DNA of 64,000 nt from Lingula anatina (Eukaryota; Animalia; Brachiopoda). Where the stretch lies: the NCBI GenBank assembly GCA_051362555.1, contig CM120641.1, positions 8,990,001-9,054,000 on the forward strand, in the 5' to 3' direction. Below the pieces are notes generated by a model, which did no database searches, was not told where the DNA came from, and was given only the letters and a program-made list of their open reading frames with translations. The translations under genes and the position numbers were made by a program. Numbering within the stretch: the first letter of the stretch is position 1; each line of letters begins with the position of its first letter. Shown here piece after piece: positions 51,901-64,000 of this stretch.

Positions 51901-54900
51901 TTAAAAATCTCTCATTTTTCCAATTGCAATAAAGCCTGACAAAAAAAGTTAATGAAATACATTAAAAGTACCTGGTATGACCGGACTGACATTGTGTATT
52001 GATGAGATGGCCATCTGAAAAATATAAAAACACATATAAATGTTAATGCAATAGAAAACCATATTCATAGGACATAGATGAGTCATAGACTAAAACAAGT
52101 ACTTCTACTTGTCATTGCCAACTATCAAATGGACTTTAAAATGTATGCTTCAAAACACGGGCTATGACATACTGACATGCACATTTGGTAGGTGGAGCTG
52201 AAAAAGGGTGCAGCCAGAAGACCTTGAAGGACAGGCAAGCTTATACAACCCATATAAAAAAGTGGGGAAGATGCTGAAGGGCCAAATATAAAAACTTAAC
52301 TTACTAACCATGACTTAATCTATCCCACCTTAAATTATTATACAACAAAGTAGGTAATTACAATATTCTCTGAAGCTTCATGATTGAGTGCCCCTAGACA
52401 GAAGTGACTACCAGTTCCTGTGCTGTTAGCAATAAACGAGCAAAGAATTAATTGCAGTAGCAACAACTTGGTTATGAATAAGTTTACAGTGAGCTCAAGG
52501 TATACAATTTAATTTGAAACTTGAAAATTGTAAACAGACTGCCCTCCTTTTTAAAGATATACAGCAAAATGTAAATAATCATAGTGGCTTTTTAAAGTAC
52601 CCGTTTACATGGTGGTTAAAATATCAACATGACCCATGAACCAGATAACACTCATGGTTGATGATCCCTGAAAAAATATCTGGCACTGAAACTAACCACA
52701 ACTACCCATTTTCACAGCTTATGCAGCACACAAGGATGTCATTAAAACATTATCATTTTCTTGATCTTCCCTAGCTGGCAGGCGCAACAAAATATCATTC
52801 TCTCAAATCTTCCTAGACACCAGTCACAGCGATGCTTACAGGGAGTCAGTTACCATGTACACTGGCTCACTGTTGTTAACTTGATTAATTACCATAGTTT
52901 TTTTCTTTTTTAAAACCAAAACTTTGTAACTATTTGCTAGAAAGGCAAATTCAGCAGAAAATGTTGGTGTACAGAAGCATAAGCTAATTAAATAATGTTG
53001 GTGAAGGAAGTTCTTCTGTTTTTAGTCTGTACAAGAGACCAGGACCCAGCAGTATGGGGCGTCAAACCAAGCTAATCTCTTGTGTTTGAGGCGCTGCACC
53101 TGGATATCCCCACTGTGCATCCAAACACTGTGGAATTCTACCACATGTTTTGGAAAAATATGATAGATAAACATGTGGAAAAATGTTGATTCATGTCCCA
53201 GTCTTCCAAAATATTCTGTTCTTATTTAAGTGAAAATGTTCTCCTTACATGTTTTGAAGACTAATTTAAAGAAACATATGTGATATCCTGTCCAAGCCTG
53301 TTCAATTTTATTACCAAAATTTATGCAAAAGACTGTTCATCATATGAATTTTATCTCAGAGGCTTCTGTGTTATTTCATACATTGCTTCAGAGTTTCATT
53401 TATTCTTTTTGTGTCAAACACCCTTACATATTTCCTGAGCAAATGGTTATAGAAAATCAATGTAAAATATACAAAGTGAGTGTTTTGGGATTAGACATCT
53501 GTTAGTTAAAATAGGGTGCCATAAAGCACTCCCAAACATACAAATGTTATTGAAACTTTTCTCCTTCAACTGTTTTGAGAGACTTAATCAATGACCAAAA
53601 AGGCTTATTCTTTCCCATGCCAATGTGCCCTTTGGACTGCTAGTTGTAGAAATTTTTATTTATATTTTACAAAATAGTACTGATTATCAATGCTTCCTAA
53701 TCCTGTATGTTTAACATGCAATGATAAACTATAAAAACTCAATGTAATGTACTGAATTTAAACTCCTCCCTTTGAAATTAATACAATGTAGAACAATGTA
53801 TTTTGCTTGAATCTTAGAGCAAAAATTTGACCCAAATAACATGAATGCATATATGAATACTGCTCTTGGCAATAAAAAAAAAATAAGCTGAACAGTAATG
53901 CATACCACCCTGAGATGGAAATCTTGATTTCAACGACACAAAAAAAGTCTTCACTAAACATTCAGCATTCTAATCAGAAAATACTAGTTTCTGCAATATG
54001 ATTATAATAGGTGGGTGATGGATAATCTACATCAAAATTTCCCAAGACCTTACCTGCAATGAAATTAATATTTCAGTGTATTCTAGACACTGTTATTGAT
54101 AACAACTAACAGGTATTCATATGTCTAATAAATGTAGAATTTTCATAGCGTTTGGGTTTAAAACCCCCAAGATTTAAAGCAGGATACACACTGAAAGTCA
54201 ATAATAAACAAGGCAGCAAAGCTGTCAAATGTACAGACAAAAAACAGGAAATAACTATGCACCAAATAGGCTACTGTCAATTCTGATGCAAAAATACATT
54301 ATGTTAAACTGCAAATTCAACATCAAATTTTAATTATCCTCAACAGGTAATACCAATGTAATTAAAATATGTGACAAGTTTAGTCAATTAGACTGCTTTT
54401 CCAACTCTGCATTTTAGTCCTGTATTTCTTTTTTGAAAGTTTGACAATCATAAGTAACATGGTTTTCCCATAATGGTCATCATGGCAGCAGCACCCAAAA
54501 TTGTGTTTTCTTCTATTCTGATGCCATATTACATAATGGTTAACAGCATAATGACCGTCAATTTTTAATAATAAAATATAAGTATCATGAATTTTCAGAT
54601 AATGTGACTAGCATGGGTCTTCAAGCCCGTGGAACTTCAAAGTCACACCTTGAAAATGCCAATATGTGAAAAATTAAATTTTCACAAAAAAACTGTTTAA
54701 CTGGTAGTAAGAATTACCAAACAGACTGTATTTCCTACTGAAGCTGTATTTTAGTCCCATGTTTCTTTCCTGTAAGTTTGAGAACAGTAAATGACATGGT
54801 TGTTCTTAAATGGTCATCGTGGGAGCAGTGCCCAAAATAGTTTTTTTTTTTCAAATTTTGATGCAATATTACATAATGTTTAACAGCATAATGACCATCA

Positions 54901-57900
54901 ATTTTAATAATAAAATATTAGTATTATGGATATTCAGAAAATGTGAATAGCAAAGGTCTTCAGGACCATGGAACTTCAAAGTCACATCTTGAAAATGCCA
55001 AAACGTAAACGAGACAGCACTGTTCTGAATTTTTTTTTTCCATTTTTAACAATTTTTAACATAAAACAAAATTAACAGTTTTCTGCCGTTTTTATATGAT
55101 CAACTAAGAAAATTGATGAGATGGGAAAAATATCAACAGAGCAGTGTTAAATGTCCAATTTCTTCCATTCTGACATTCTGAACATAGTGAATGATTGAAT
55201 CTGACAAACTGCAATGATATGGGTTTATTTCCATTTTTGAAACTTTATTACACAATACACGATAACAAGTTTACCATCATTTTTACATAATCAACTAATA
55301 ATGTTGTAAAGATGCAGAAAATGCCAAACAAACACTTTTACGTATCTTATTAGTTCAATAATGAAACTGTTTACATGCCTAAGAATTGAATCTGAGGAAA
55401 TGTGAAAAAACTGCATTTTTTTAAAATAATGGCCTGATTATGCTGATTTTTGAACTCAACCTGCGTTTTAGCAGGAATGACCACTCCTGTAAGTTTAATG
55501 ACAATTGGCCCATCTGTTTTTCTTATATTGTGTTTACAGTGTTGCATATATGCTGAAAAGTGAAAAAAAAAGCATAACTACTAAAATAGTGGCCCGATCC
55601 TGCCGATTTTCGAACTTGACCTGCATTTTATGAATATTCATCAGCTCTGTAAATATACAGCCAAAAAGTAAAACTTTCTTCCACTTATCGTGTTTACAAT
55701 GAAAGTGCACAGCCCCAGCGACAGCGACAGTGATGGCAACGACGGCGATGACAGACGCAGGTGATGGCAATATGTACAAATACATCTGTACATATTAACT
55801 GTACTGTTTGAGAACAATAAGTGACATGGTTTTTCTTAAATGGTCATCATGGGAGCAGTGCCCAAAATAGGTTTTTTTCAAATTTTGATGCAATATTACA
55901 TAATGTTTAACAGCATAATGACCATCAATTTTTAATAATAAAATATTAGTATCATGGACAAACAGAAAACGTGACTAACAAAGGTTTTTAGGCCGATGGA
56001 ACTTCAAAGTCACACCTAAAAAATGCCAAAATGTAAACAAGACTGCACTGTTCTGAAATGGGTTTATTTCCATTTTTAACACTTTTTTAACATAAAACAA
56101 AATTAATAGGATACTGCCATTTTTTATATGATCAACTAAGAAAATTGATGAGATGTGAAAAATATCAACAGAGCAGTGTTAAATGTCCAATTTCTTCCAT
56201 TCTGAGATTCTGAACATAGTGAATGATTGAATCTGACAAACTGCAATGATATGAGTTTATTTCCATTTTTGACACTTTATTACACAATACACGATAACAA
56301 GTTTACCATGTTTTTTACATAATCAACTAACAATGTTGTAAAGATGCAGGAAATATCAAACAAACACTTTTAGGCATCTTATTAGTTAAATAATGAGACT
56401 GTTAACATGCTTAAGAATTGAATCTGAGGAAATGTGAAAAAAACAGTATAACTTCTAAAATAATGGCCAGATTATGCTGATTTTCGAACTCAACCTGCGT
56501 TTTAGTAAGATTGACCACTCCTGTGAGTATAATTACAATTGGCCAATCCGTTTTTCTTATATTGTGTTATCAGTGTTGCATTTATATTGAAAAAAGTGAA
56601 AAAACTGCATAAATTCCCTAAAAGTGACCCGATCATGCTGATTTTCGAACTTGACCTGCGTATTATGAATATTCATCAGTTCTGTAAGTTTCAAGTCAAA
56701 AGGTAAAATGGTTTTCCACTTATCGTGTTATTGGTGCTGCATATATGCTGAAAAAAGTGAAAAAACAGCATAAATTCCCTAAAAGTGACCCGATCATGCT
56801 GATTTTCGAACTTGACCTGCGTATTATGAATATTCATCAGTTCTGTAAGTTTCAAGTCAAAAGGTAAAATGGTTTTCCACTTATCGTGTTATTGGTGCTG
56901 CATATATGCTGAAAAAAGTGAAAAAACTGCATAAATTCCCTAAAAGTGACCCGATCATGCTGATTTTCGAACTTAACCTGCGTATTATAAATATTCATCA
57001 GTTCTGCAAGTTTCAAGTCAAAAGGTAAAATGGTTTTCCACTTATCGTGTTATCGGTAAAAGTGCACGGCGACGGCGACGGCGACGACAGACGCAGATGA
57101 TGGCTATATGTACAGACACATCTGTGTCTGTACATAAAAAATTCTTAATTAAAAGAACTGAATTTCTTTTTTAATATTGTCAATCTCTACTTTTCAATTC
57201 TTGCATACCATAGCTATTGTTAAGATCAGAGAAACTTTAACAATCATCCAAAATTCCTCCCTTTGTCATGAGCTACAGGGAGATAAAATTACAATCTTTT
57301 CATTTTACAAAATGGGGGTCTCAAGTGTTCAAAACCCAAACTACCCTATTAACTCAAATCGCTTTGTTTGGAACTAAGGGTTTTCAACCCATTCCCACTC
57401 AACTTCGGTATTTCCCATAGAAAAAACAGAATCTCCCATGGGTACTTCATGAGAAAGTTCCTCATCGGGTGAGAAACAAACTACATGAGCTATCGAAAGC
57501 ATCAATGTAATTCAGGTTGATGTAGATAATTAACAGTGACACACTTCCATTCTATTTTTTTTTCTTGTGGTGTAGGCCAAGAATAAAAGCTGTCACTGCT
57601 AATAACAAGGGCATAATATGTGGGAGATAATTTCCATAACAGTAACCTATAGCATCTGATTGCTTGGGGGTTGAAAAGACCATCATAAGCAATTACCTAG
57701 TCCATAATGACACAAAAACCTCAGGGCTGAGCATGTGTATGGCAAGACAAAACAAATAGGGCCCGAGCCTTCATTTTCTGGCCCATGTCTGTGACAATAA
57801 TTTCTAGTTGAAAATCGTGGGAAAAGCGTGCCCTTGCCATCCACTTAAACGTGCTCATTATATTGCTATTCACGCTGGGACATGAACTAAGAGGAATGGT

Positions 57901-60900
57901 CACTGCAACTGAGTACCACATTAATTAAGTTCTAATATATAAAGAAGGCCTTTCTTAGCAATGGGAAAATGGATAAATTGTGAGTGAACTGGCATTCCAA
58001 CTGTCTCATTTAAGAAGGGCAATTTGAGGGGATTAATATGATTGGATTTCTTGTAATAAAGATAGCAAATTTCTACATTCTTTTCACTAGACCTCAGTAG
58101 GCTAACTGGGAAGAGTCAATAACATTCTTTCTTGATTACAAAACAGCACATGAAATAATAAAGAAAAAAATAACCTAGAAAAAGTCAATGAAAATATTTT
58201 ATATTTACAAAAGCAGCACTCTAATTCCAGTGAAATGATCAGAAAAGAGCCCATAATTGTTGAAGAGACAGTGCCCTAAATTACAGTGAACTAACCAGGA
58301 AAAGTCAATAACATCAATCTATTTTCCTCCAATTATCAGGTCAAAATAACAGACAGACCATCTGAATAATTGAATTCTACTTCATTTTCAAGCCAGACTG
58401 GAAATTGATGATATTGCTAAATGAATCCCCCCAGAGGACTTTTGTTTAACATTTCCAATAACCAAGGGTAATTCAAATCCACGGCTGATTAAATTAAACT
58501 GAGGTTGACCTCAGTAAAATCTTAGAGCCCCAGACATGCAAATGAGAGCATTATTGTCTTAATGTCAAATGGAGGGCAGGAGGGAGATGTCGCATACAAC
58601 TGTTTGCACCCTTATCAAGCATGCCAACTGCTCCTAATTTCATGGAATTACACTGTACCAGGTTCAGTTCAAATATGATGTGACTAGACCAATCTGTAGG
58701 CAAAAAGCCATTCTAATAAGTTATTTAAATAGGGCCATCATACGATGGAGGCCTGCACAGGCATGTCTTTGTATTGTTAGTGGGTCTGTTCCAGCCATTG
58801 TTGTCCCAATATGTTGTTTCTATGGCTAGGCTACACTTATCAGGGAATAAGGGATTGCAGCATAAATGACAGACCAAATTTCATTAAAACCAAAAGTTAA
58901 TTTAAAACATTAAAAAAATTAAGACATAAGGTGTTATTTTACTAGATCTTAGGTGAAGTAGTGATCTAATTTAGCCAATGAATTTGCTCAGGCTTTATAA
59001 ATAACAGCCATAAGTTAGCAAAATATCCCCACAGCTTATTGCAATGCGTCTCATGTAGCTCCAAGTATATTTATGTTTTTCCAAGCACCCCTAAGTGTTG
59101 TATGGCTGTGGTATGCCAAGCCTCCCTATGTTGACTAAAATACAAATACTTCCCATAAAGAGCAATAAAAGCCACAAAAAAGGCAGTGGATTACTCACTT
59201 AATTTCCGGTTCAGGTCAGGATCTTCTTTATCTGTGAAAAAGTAGGTCTGTAAAATAAATAATAGCATATTTTTATCAAAAAATGTACCCTAAGTGGTTT
59301 TTATTTACTTTTCTCTATTGTGTACCCTGCAAGTTGGGTGCATAAAACCAACAGAAGCAAATGAAAAGCTTTTGTGCTGGACAGTTAGACAGCTGCTCAC
59401 TTGCATACTATGGATATAGCACTGTGTTATTCTTATTTCTGTCGCATTTGGTCTATGATCCCTTTTCAACATTAACAACTACTGGTGAAGCAATATAAAC
59501 CAATCTCAGTCAGGCCAATCATTGTATGTTACCTGACCAAGCAATTAATCAGGGATTTAAGGTAGCATACAGTATATTTCTCTGACAGGTGAACTCACAA
59601 AAGTCACCCTGCAAAGTATCAGCACAATTATTGGAAAGTTTATTTGGTGACAGGTTTCCCATAATTTTGAAGAAAATATCTGTACAAGCTGTCCAAATAA
59701 CATACAACTGGTTCAAACAAGCTGCAGCAAATACCTGCAAACTTCTCAATATGCTGCACATAGTTTTCTCATATAACACTGATCAACTGTACAAACAAGT
59801 TGAGGTATTTGCACCCAAATATTTCTCAGTGAAACTTTGATACCAGCTATTTATCTTGTCGCTGTTTGTTTTAAGATAAAACTAAAACTGGATCATTTTC
59901 TCAAAATAACTTCTGGTTTAAAGTGGGGAAAGGGGGAAGAAGTCTTTACAGGAGGGTCTGAACTTCTGTCTGTAAAAACATCTTTGTACCAGCAACAGTT
60001 TTACTTCTCAGGCATTACTGAAAAAAAAGTTTAAAACAGATGTGTAAACCAACTCTTGCACCAAAACCTGAAGCTCATACTGCCTGATATTTCTGATTAT
60101 CCAGCTGGAACTGGTTAAGATTTTTTCTTTAGATAAGTTTATCAACAGTACTCCCTCATATCAAATAGAGGCTGTGGATTTATTAGACATGAATCAGATT
60201 GTTGATCTGGAAGTTGCAAAGGTTGCACTTCGTGTAAAAAACTTTAAAATCCTACTTTAACATCAAAAGTATCATACAAAATGCCTGATGATTACAGTTT
60301 GAGTCAAAACTAGTCTTTCATTCCCCTTTGCCAACATCTAAGAGCTTAAACTGTTATATTTAAACAAGCATGAAGCTACAAGCCTCTCTTCCTTTCAAGA
60401 GGGGACTTGAGAAATGTTTTTGATGCTTTTGATCAGTCCAATGTGGACAAATGGTCACACTTGTACCATCCAAAGTGTTTTCTCTTATCAGATTAGTCAT
60501 AATTCCGGCGGGTCATATTTTTCAAACCGTTTTCAGATTTTTCAGTATTGGGTACTTCCTTTAATCTTTCTTCACCATAAACTACTCAACAGGAGCATAT
60601 TCGTGTGAAATCCATACATGCCAAAGTTATGCCATCTTAAATCGCCTTTCAGTTACACATCAGTTGTGTAACAAAGACAGGTGCAGCTTGGCCCTTTAAG
60701 TACTTATCAGCCACAGTTTTCCTCACTTCATCTTAAGATCATTTCAAGGTGGGTGTTTCCCAAGAAACTACATATTGTAGCATGCCCACCTTAACTATAC
60801 CTGATACCAATACTTTTTTCCCTTAGTAGCACTGTTGGTGACTTAGCTTGATGAGCCAATGAAAACAAAATGTAACTATTTCAGTGGTTGTTTGGAAAGG

Positions 60901-61964
60901 AATACCATGTTTTTAAACCTATTTTCTTATCTTTTTTTTTTTTTTTTTTTTTTTGTGGTTATGTAGAAAACCAAAAATTAGATACTGCTGCTCTTAACTA
61001 GCTTTCAAGCCAAATAGAAAGGCTTACCCACAAATATAACTATATCTAATTATTAGCTATATCTCAACCCACTACATCTATACATCCTTATGATTTTTTT
61101 CAAGTGTGAAAGTGTGTCCATTTTCTTTTTATTCATGCTGGTCATAACTTAGGGCACTTGCACAAACTTATTTCTTCAATAACATTGATTACACATAACT
61201 TAAAACATAGGCATCCATGAAATTGTTTATACATATAGCATCTAGTGTTGTAAATCTTGACAGAATCTGATATTTGCAAAGCTCAGATTCCTCTAAATAC
61301 AAACAGAAATCAATTTTAATAGCAACTGCAAAACAAACAAAGATATCAAATAACAAAAGATTAGATCTATAAAGCAAGTTACTGATACTAATTAACACCC
61401 GTTACAGTCAGGTAATGAGAATGAAACAAAAAATTTACTTACTTGATCCTTAACAAACATAACCCAAGTGTTGAGCAATAGAGACAATCTACTGGAATGA
61501 AATGCTCCAGTCGTTTTAACACTGAAGAAAACATCAGTCAAATCAGTTTTTCTAAATACAGAATTCATGCTGAGTGTCGTTGCTCTCGACTTATAAACTC
61601 GTTTGGAGAACTTCGACAAATTGGTTTTTCTGTGATGCGTTTCTTCTTGAAGTTGCGGGCTGCGGTTATCGACAGGAATGTATTGTAAGTTTTTCCTGTG
61701 TGGTAGTGCGATTTTTTCAACTTCACGTTTCACCCTTAAATCGTTAACTCTTTGATCAATATCTGATGTTCTGACCGTCTTAGGAGACTGCACTGGCCCC
61801 TGTCGAAAGTTGGCCAACTTTTTGTCGCCATGTTGTTCCCGTAAACTTTGGGACTTGTACTTTTCTTCTAAAAAAGCACCATTTCTCCAATAAATAAGAT
61901 GCAGAGAAAAAACAACTAATGTCAGCATGGCCAGCTGAGCCGACCGTTTCAAACTACACCTCAT
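45915..61964 (-). CDS. fng: Fringe O-fucosylpeptide beta-1,3-N-acetylglucosaminyltransferase (Lunatic/Radical/Manic fringe homologue), ~412 aa
   Basis: Ten phase-consistent exons: 61443-61964, 59199-59247, 51972-52014, 49885-49944, 48426-48573, 47916-48001, 47543-47613, 46946-47040, 46530-46612, 45915-45996. N-terminal type II TM, DVFFSVKTT, TYFFTD, ALCCKMAVEYD, WFCHVDDDTYVN (DxD), FWFATGGAGFCIS, RLPDDCTVGYII, FHSHLE and DPTRLKSIHCHLFP. Confidence 0.96.
47105..47385. repeat. Two-copy direct tandem duplication (~139 bp) in a fringe intron
   Basis: CCATTGTGTTAG..GTG.AACTTTTCTACACCAG.TGGGAACGCAATTTCATTA begins at ~47105 and again at ~47244. Confidence 0.8.
54209..57140 (-). mobile_element. Compound head-to-tail array of the Helentron-type element in fringe intron 2
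   Basis: Reverse-complement homology to 24897-26466. One 3' end (AGGCAGCAAAGCTGTCAAATGTACAGAC, ~54211) and two 5' ends (~55790 and ~57135). An internal block recurs at ~54458, 54794 and 55825. Confidence 0.78.
56585..57055. repeat. 161-bp tandem repeat, three near-identical copies
   Basis: AAATTCCCTAAAAGTGACCCGATCATGCTG at 56611, 56772 and 56933, an exact 161-bp period. Confidence 0.92.
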
Positions 61965-63149
61965 GATGGAAATCCAGCTTCTTTTTCCCACGCATTTGAG
62001 CGAGCTTCTCCACAGACCCGCATTCTCTGCCCGCAACAACCTGTAGTAAGTTGCACGCTTGTGTTGGATTACACTGAGAAACTAGGTCGGAGGGCAGAGG
62101 TAAGAGGTCATGCAGCAAGTCACGTGTTTCACTGTTACAACCCAGCCGCAGTGTGCTCATCATTCCAGCTGCGAGCTTTGAGGACACTCGTCTAATTTTT
62201 TAAAACCCTAAACCCAGGGGATGATAGGATCAATGTTTCTTAAGTCTTAATTTTTAATCTAAATTAAATGGACTGTTCAAATGTCTTTATATATAATTAT
62301 CGCCCCTCGCCCACTCGAGTTTTACGCGTCGTGAAATAATGAAATAAATAGCGGTTGAGTCTATTTGTTCGTTTAACGTGACGCCTTCACATATATATGA
62401 CGTGGTTTTTTGAGTAGTGTATCTAGATGGACTGGGAAAAACTATTTTCCTTATAATAAACATATACTTATCGCTATGAAAGAGCAAAAATTTTGTGGAC
62501 GAAGGCAAGTACACAAATTGTGTGAAGACAAACTGAAGTCTTAAAACTGAAGCAAAATAATTGAAAATAAATTATAAACAAAATGAAGTTGGTAAATCCT
62601 TTTCATTTAAATTTATTTTCAAACCATTATGAACTGACAAATAATTACCTCCTTTGATAAAACAGAAACACATGAGCAAATGTATTAAAACATTTTACTG
62701 CACAGCAAAAAGCATTCTCTTGCAGTAATGTCTGACTGAACAGTTAAAACTCCTTAGTTTTCAATTTTAATAGATAATATTATATACATAATATGTAACC
62801 CATGCAGTAACAAATGACAGGCTGGAAAGATAATATATAATATCTAGATTTTTTTTTTTTTGAGATTTCATGAAAATTTTACTTCAATGCCTGCCAGATT
62901 TAATATTGTAATTTCTTTCACACTAACTCCACAGTTTCAAACAACATACATGTAATATCTGAATAAAAATCATAGCAGACAATAGTAGATGGTTATGTTA
63001 ACAAAATGAACTTATTCTTTTATGAAACCCTGTCAGGATCAAGGTATTCATATCACAAGAGCACAATATGTTTAATATTTATTAATAAGAATGAACTTTA
63101 ATCTGTGTATCCTTTTTATTTTCATGTAATAGACTTCATTTTTTTCTTT

Positions 63150-63857
63150 TTAAGTTACAGTCTTCATAAGCTGTTGGCGTCTGTACTCCCATATCAGCAA
63201 TGCCCCACTGACATGGACATTGAGACTTCTGATAACTCCCTGCTGTGGAATCTCCACACATACATCTAACATCTGTATGAGATCTACTGGAATGCCTCTT
63301 CTTTCATTGCTGTAATTAATAAATAGATATGTCTAAAATTTTAATCATTTAAATAAATTAATGTGCCAATCATCCAGTTTTACGTACATTACACACAAGT
63401 GTTTCCTTTGCCTTTTTCTCAATGTTAAATGCATTCATCAGCAAACTAATTTATTTGTAACTCTCAAGTTATTTTTTCAACTGTCTGTCTGTTTTATTTA
63501 AATCAAGAGGAAAGTTAATGCAGGCATCGACAAAGACAAGTGGCATAAAACAACCTATATACATTTTAATAGTATTATTGTCCTTTTTAAGTTAGTAAAA
63601 AAGGAATTATTTTTTGTTGACAAAACTGGGTTTCACTAAGGATGAGTCAAAATGACCAGCTCAAACACATAATTACTTTGGATAAGAGTTACAATACAAC
63701 CATCAAAATACACCACTTACCCAAGGAGTAGGAGTGTTTTTGTAGGAAATTCATATTCTGTCAGACTGACACTGTTTGCCGTTTGCTCAACACCAACCAA
63801 TGTGTATCCCTCACTCTGCATCTCCGTCAAGTATGTTTGTAATTTATGAGGTGGAAC
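63150..63857 (-). CDS. TARBP1: TARBP1 / Trm3 tRNA guanosine-18 2'-O-methyltransferase (last two exons)
   Basis: Exons 63721-63857 and 63150-63309 give ...[76 protein letters not shown]. This is a SpoU/SPOUT C-terminus of TARBP1 type. Confidence 0.92.
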
Positions 63858-64000
63858 CTGGAGTAAAAGACATTGAGATACGATGTCTAGAATTTTTTTA
63901 AAATAACAAAAAGTAGAGAAAAAGACATCAGTAAAGAAAGAATTTGAAATACAACTTTTAGACAATAAAATTTTAAATAAGAAAGTACTTGTAAAATTTT

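Noticed and set aside
56585-57055. Regularly spaced repeats as a CRISPR-like array
   Set aside because: These are contiguous 161-bp tandem units with no unique spacers, in a eukaryotic transposon context.
61965-62039. N-terminal extension of the fringe ORF from a TTG start
   Set aside because: It is a non-ATG start. ATG 61964 gives the normal short cytosolic tail plus TM of a type II Golgi enzyme.

Overview
AT-rich, intron-rich animal genomic DNA. It is probably a lophotrochozoan/mollusc, inferred from gene content and repeat types. Exon chains were assembled by hand from GT-AG sites and are phase-consistent. Left to right: the 3' part of an AQP8-like aquaporin (+) whose second NPA motif reads NTA, with a decayed Tc1/mariner in its last intron; a 2-exon orphan basic coiled-coil gene (+) behind a CRE/X-box-rich promoter; a 689-aa uncharacterised secreted His-motif protein encoded by one coding exon (-); a KCTD2/5/17-family gene (-) head-to-head with ATP synthase subunit d (+); TMF1 (-, 23 coding exons); an intron-containing tRNA-Ile(TAT); a complete fringe glycosyltransferase (-); and the last two exons of TARBP1 (-). 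Repeats include Helentron-type non-autonomous elements with 161-bp internal tandem repeats, MITEs, a ~440-bp foldback palindrome and a LINE 3' end. The best novelty candidates are the single-exon secreted protein, the NTA aquaporin, the orphan gene, and the KCTD/ATP5PD head-to-head pair that matches the human arrangement. No database searches were run.
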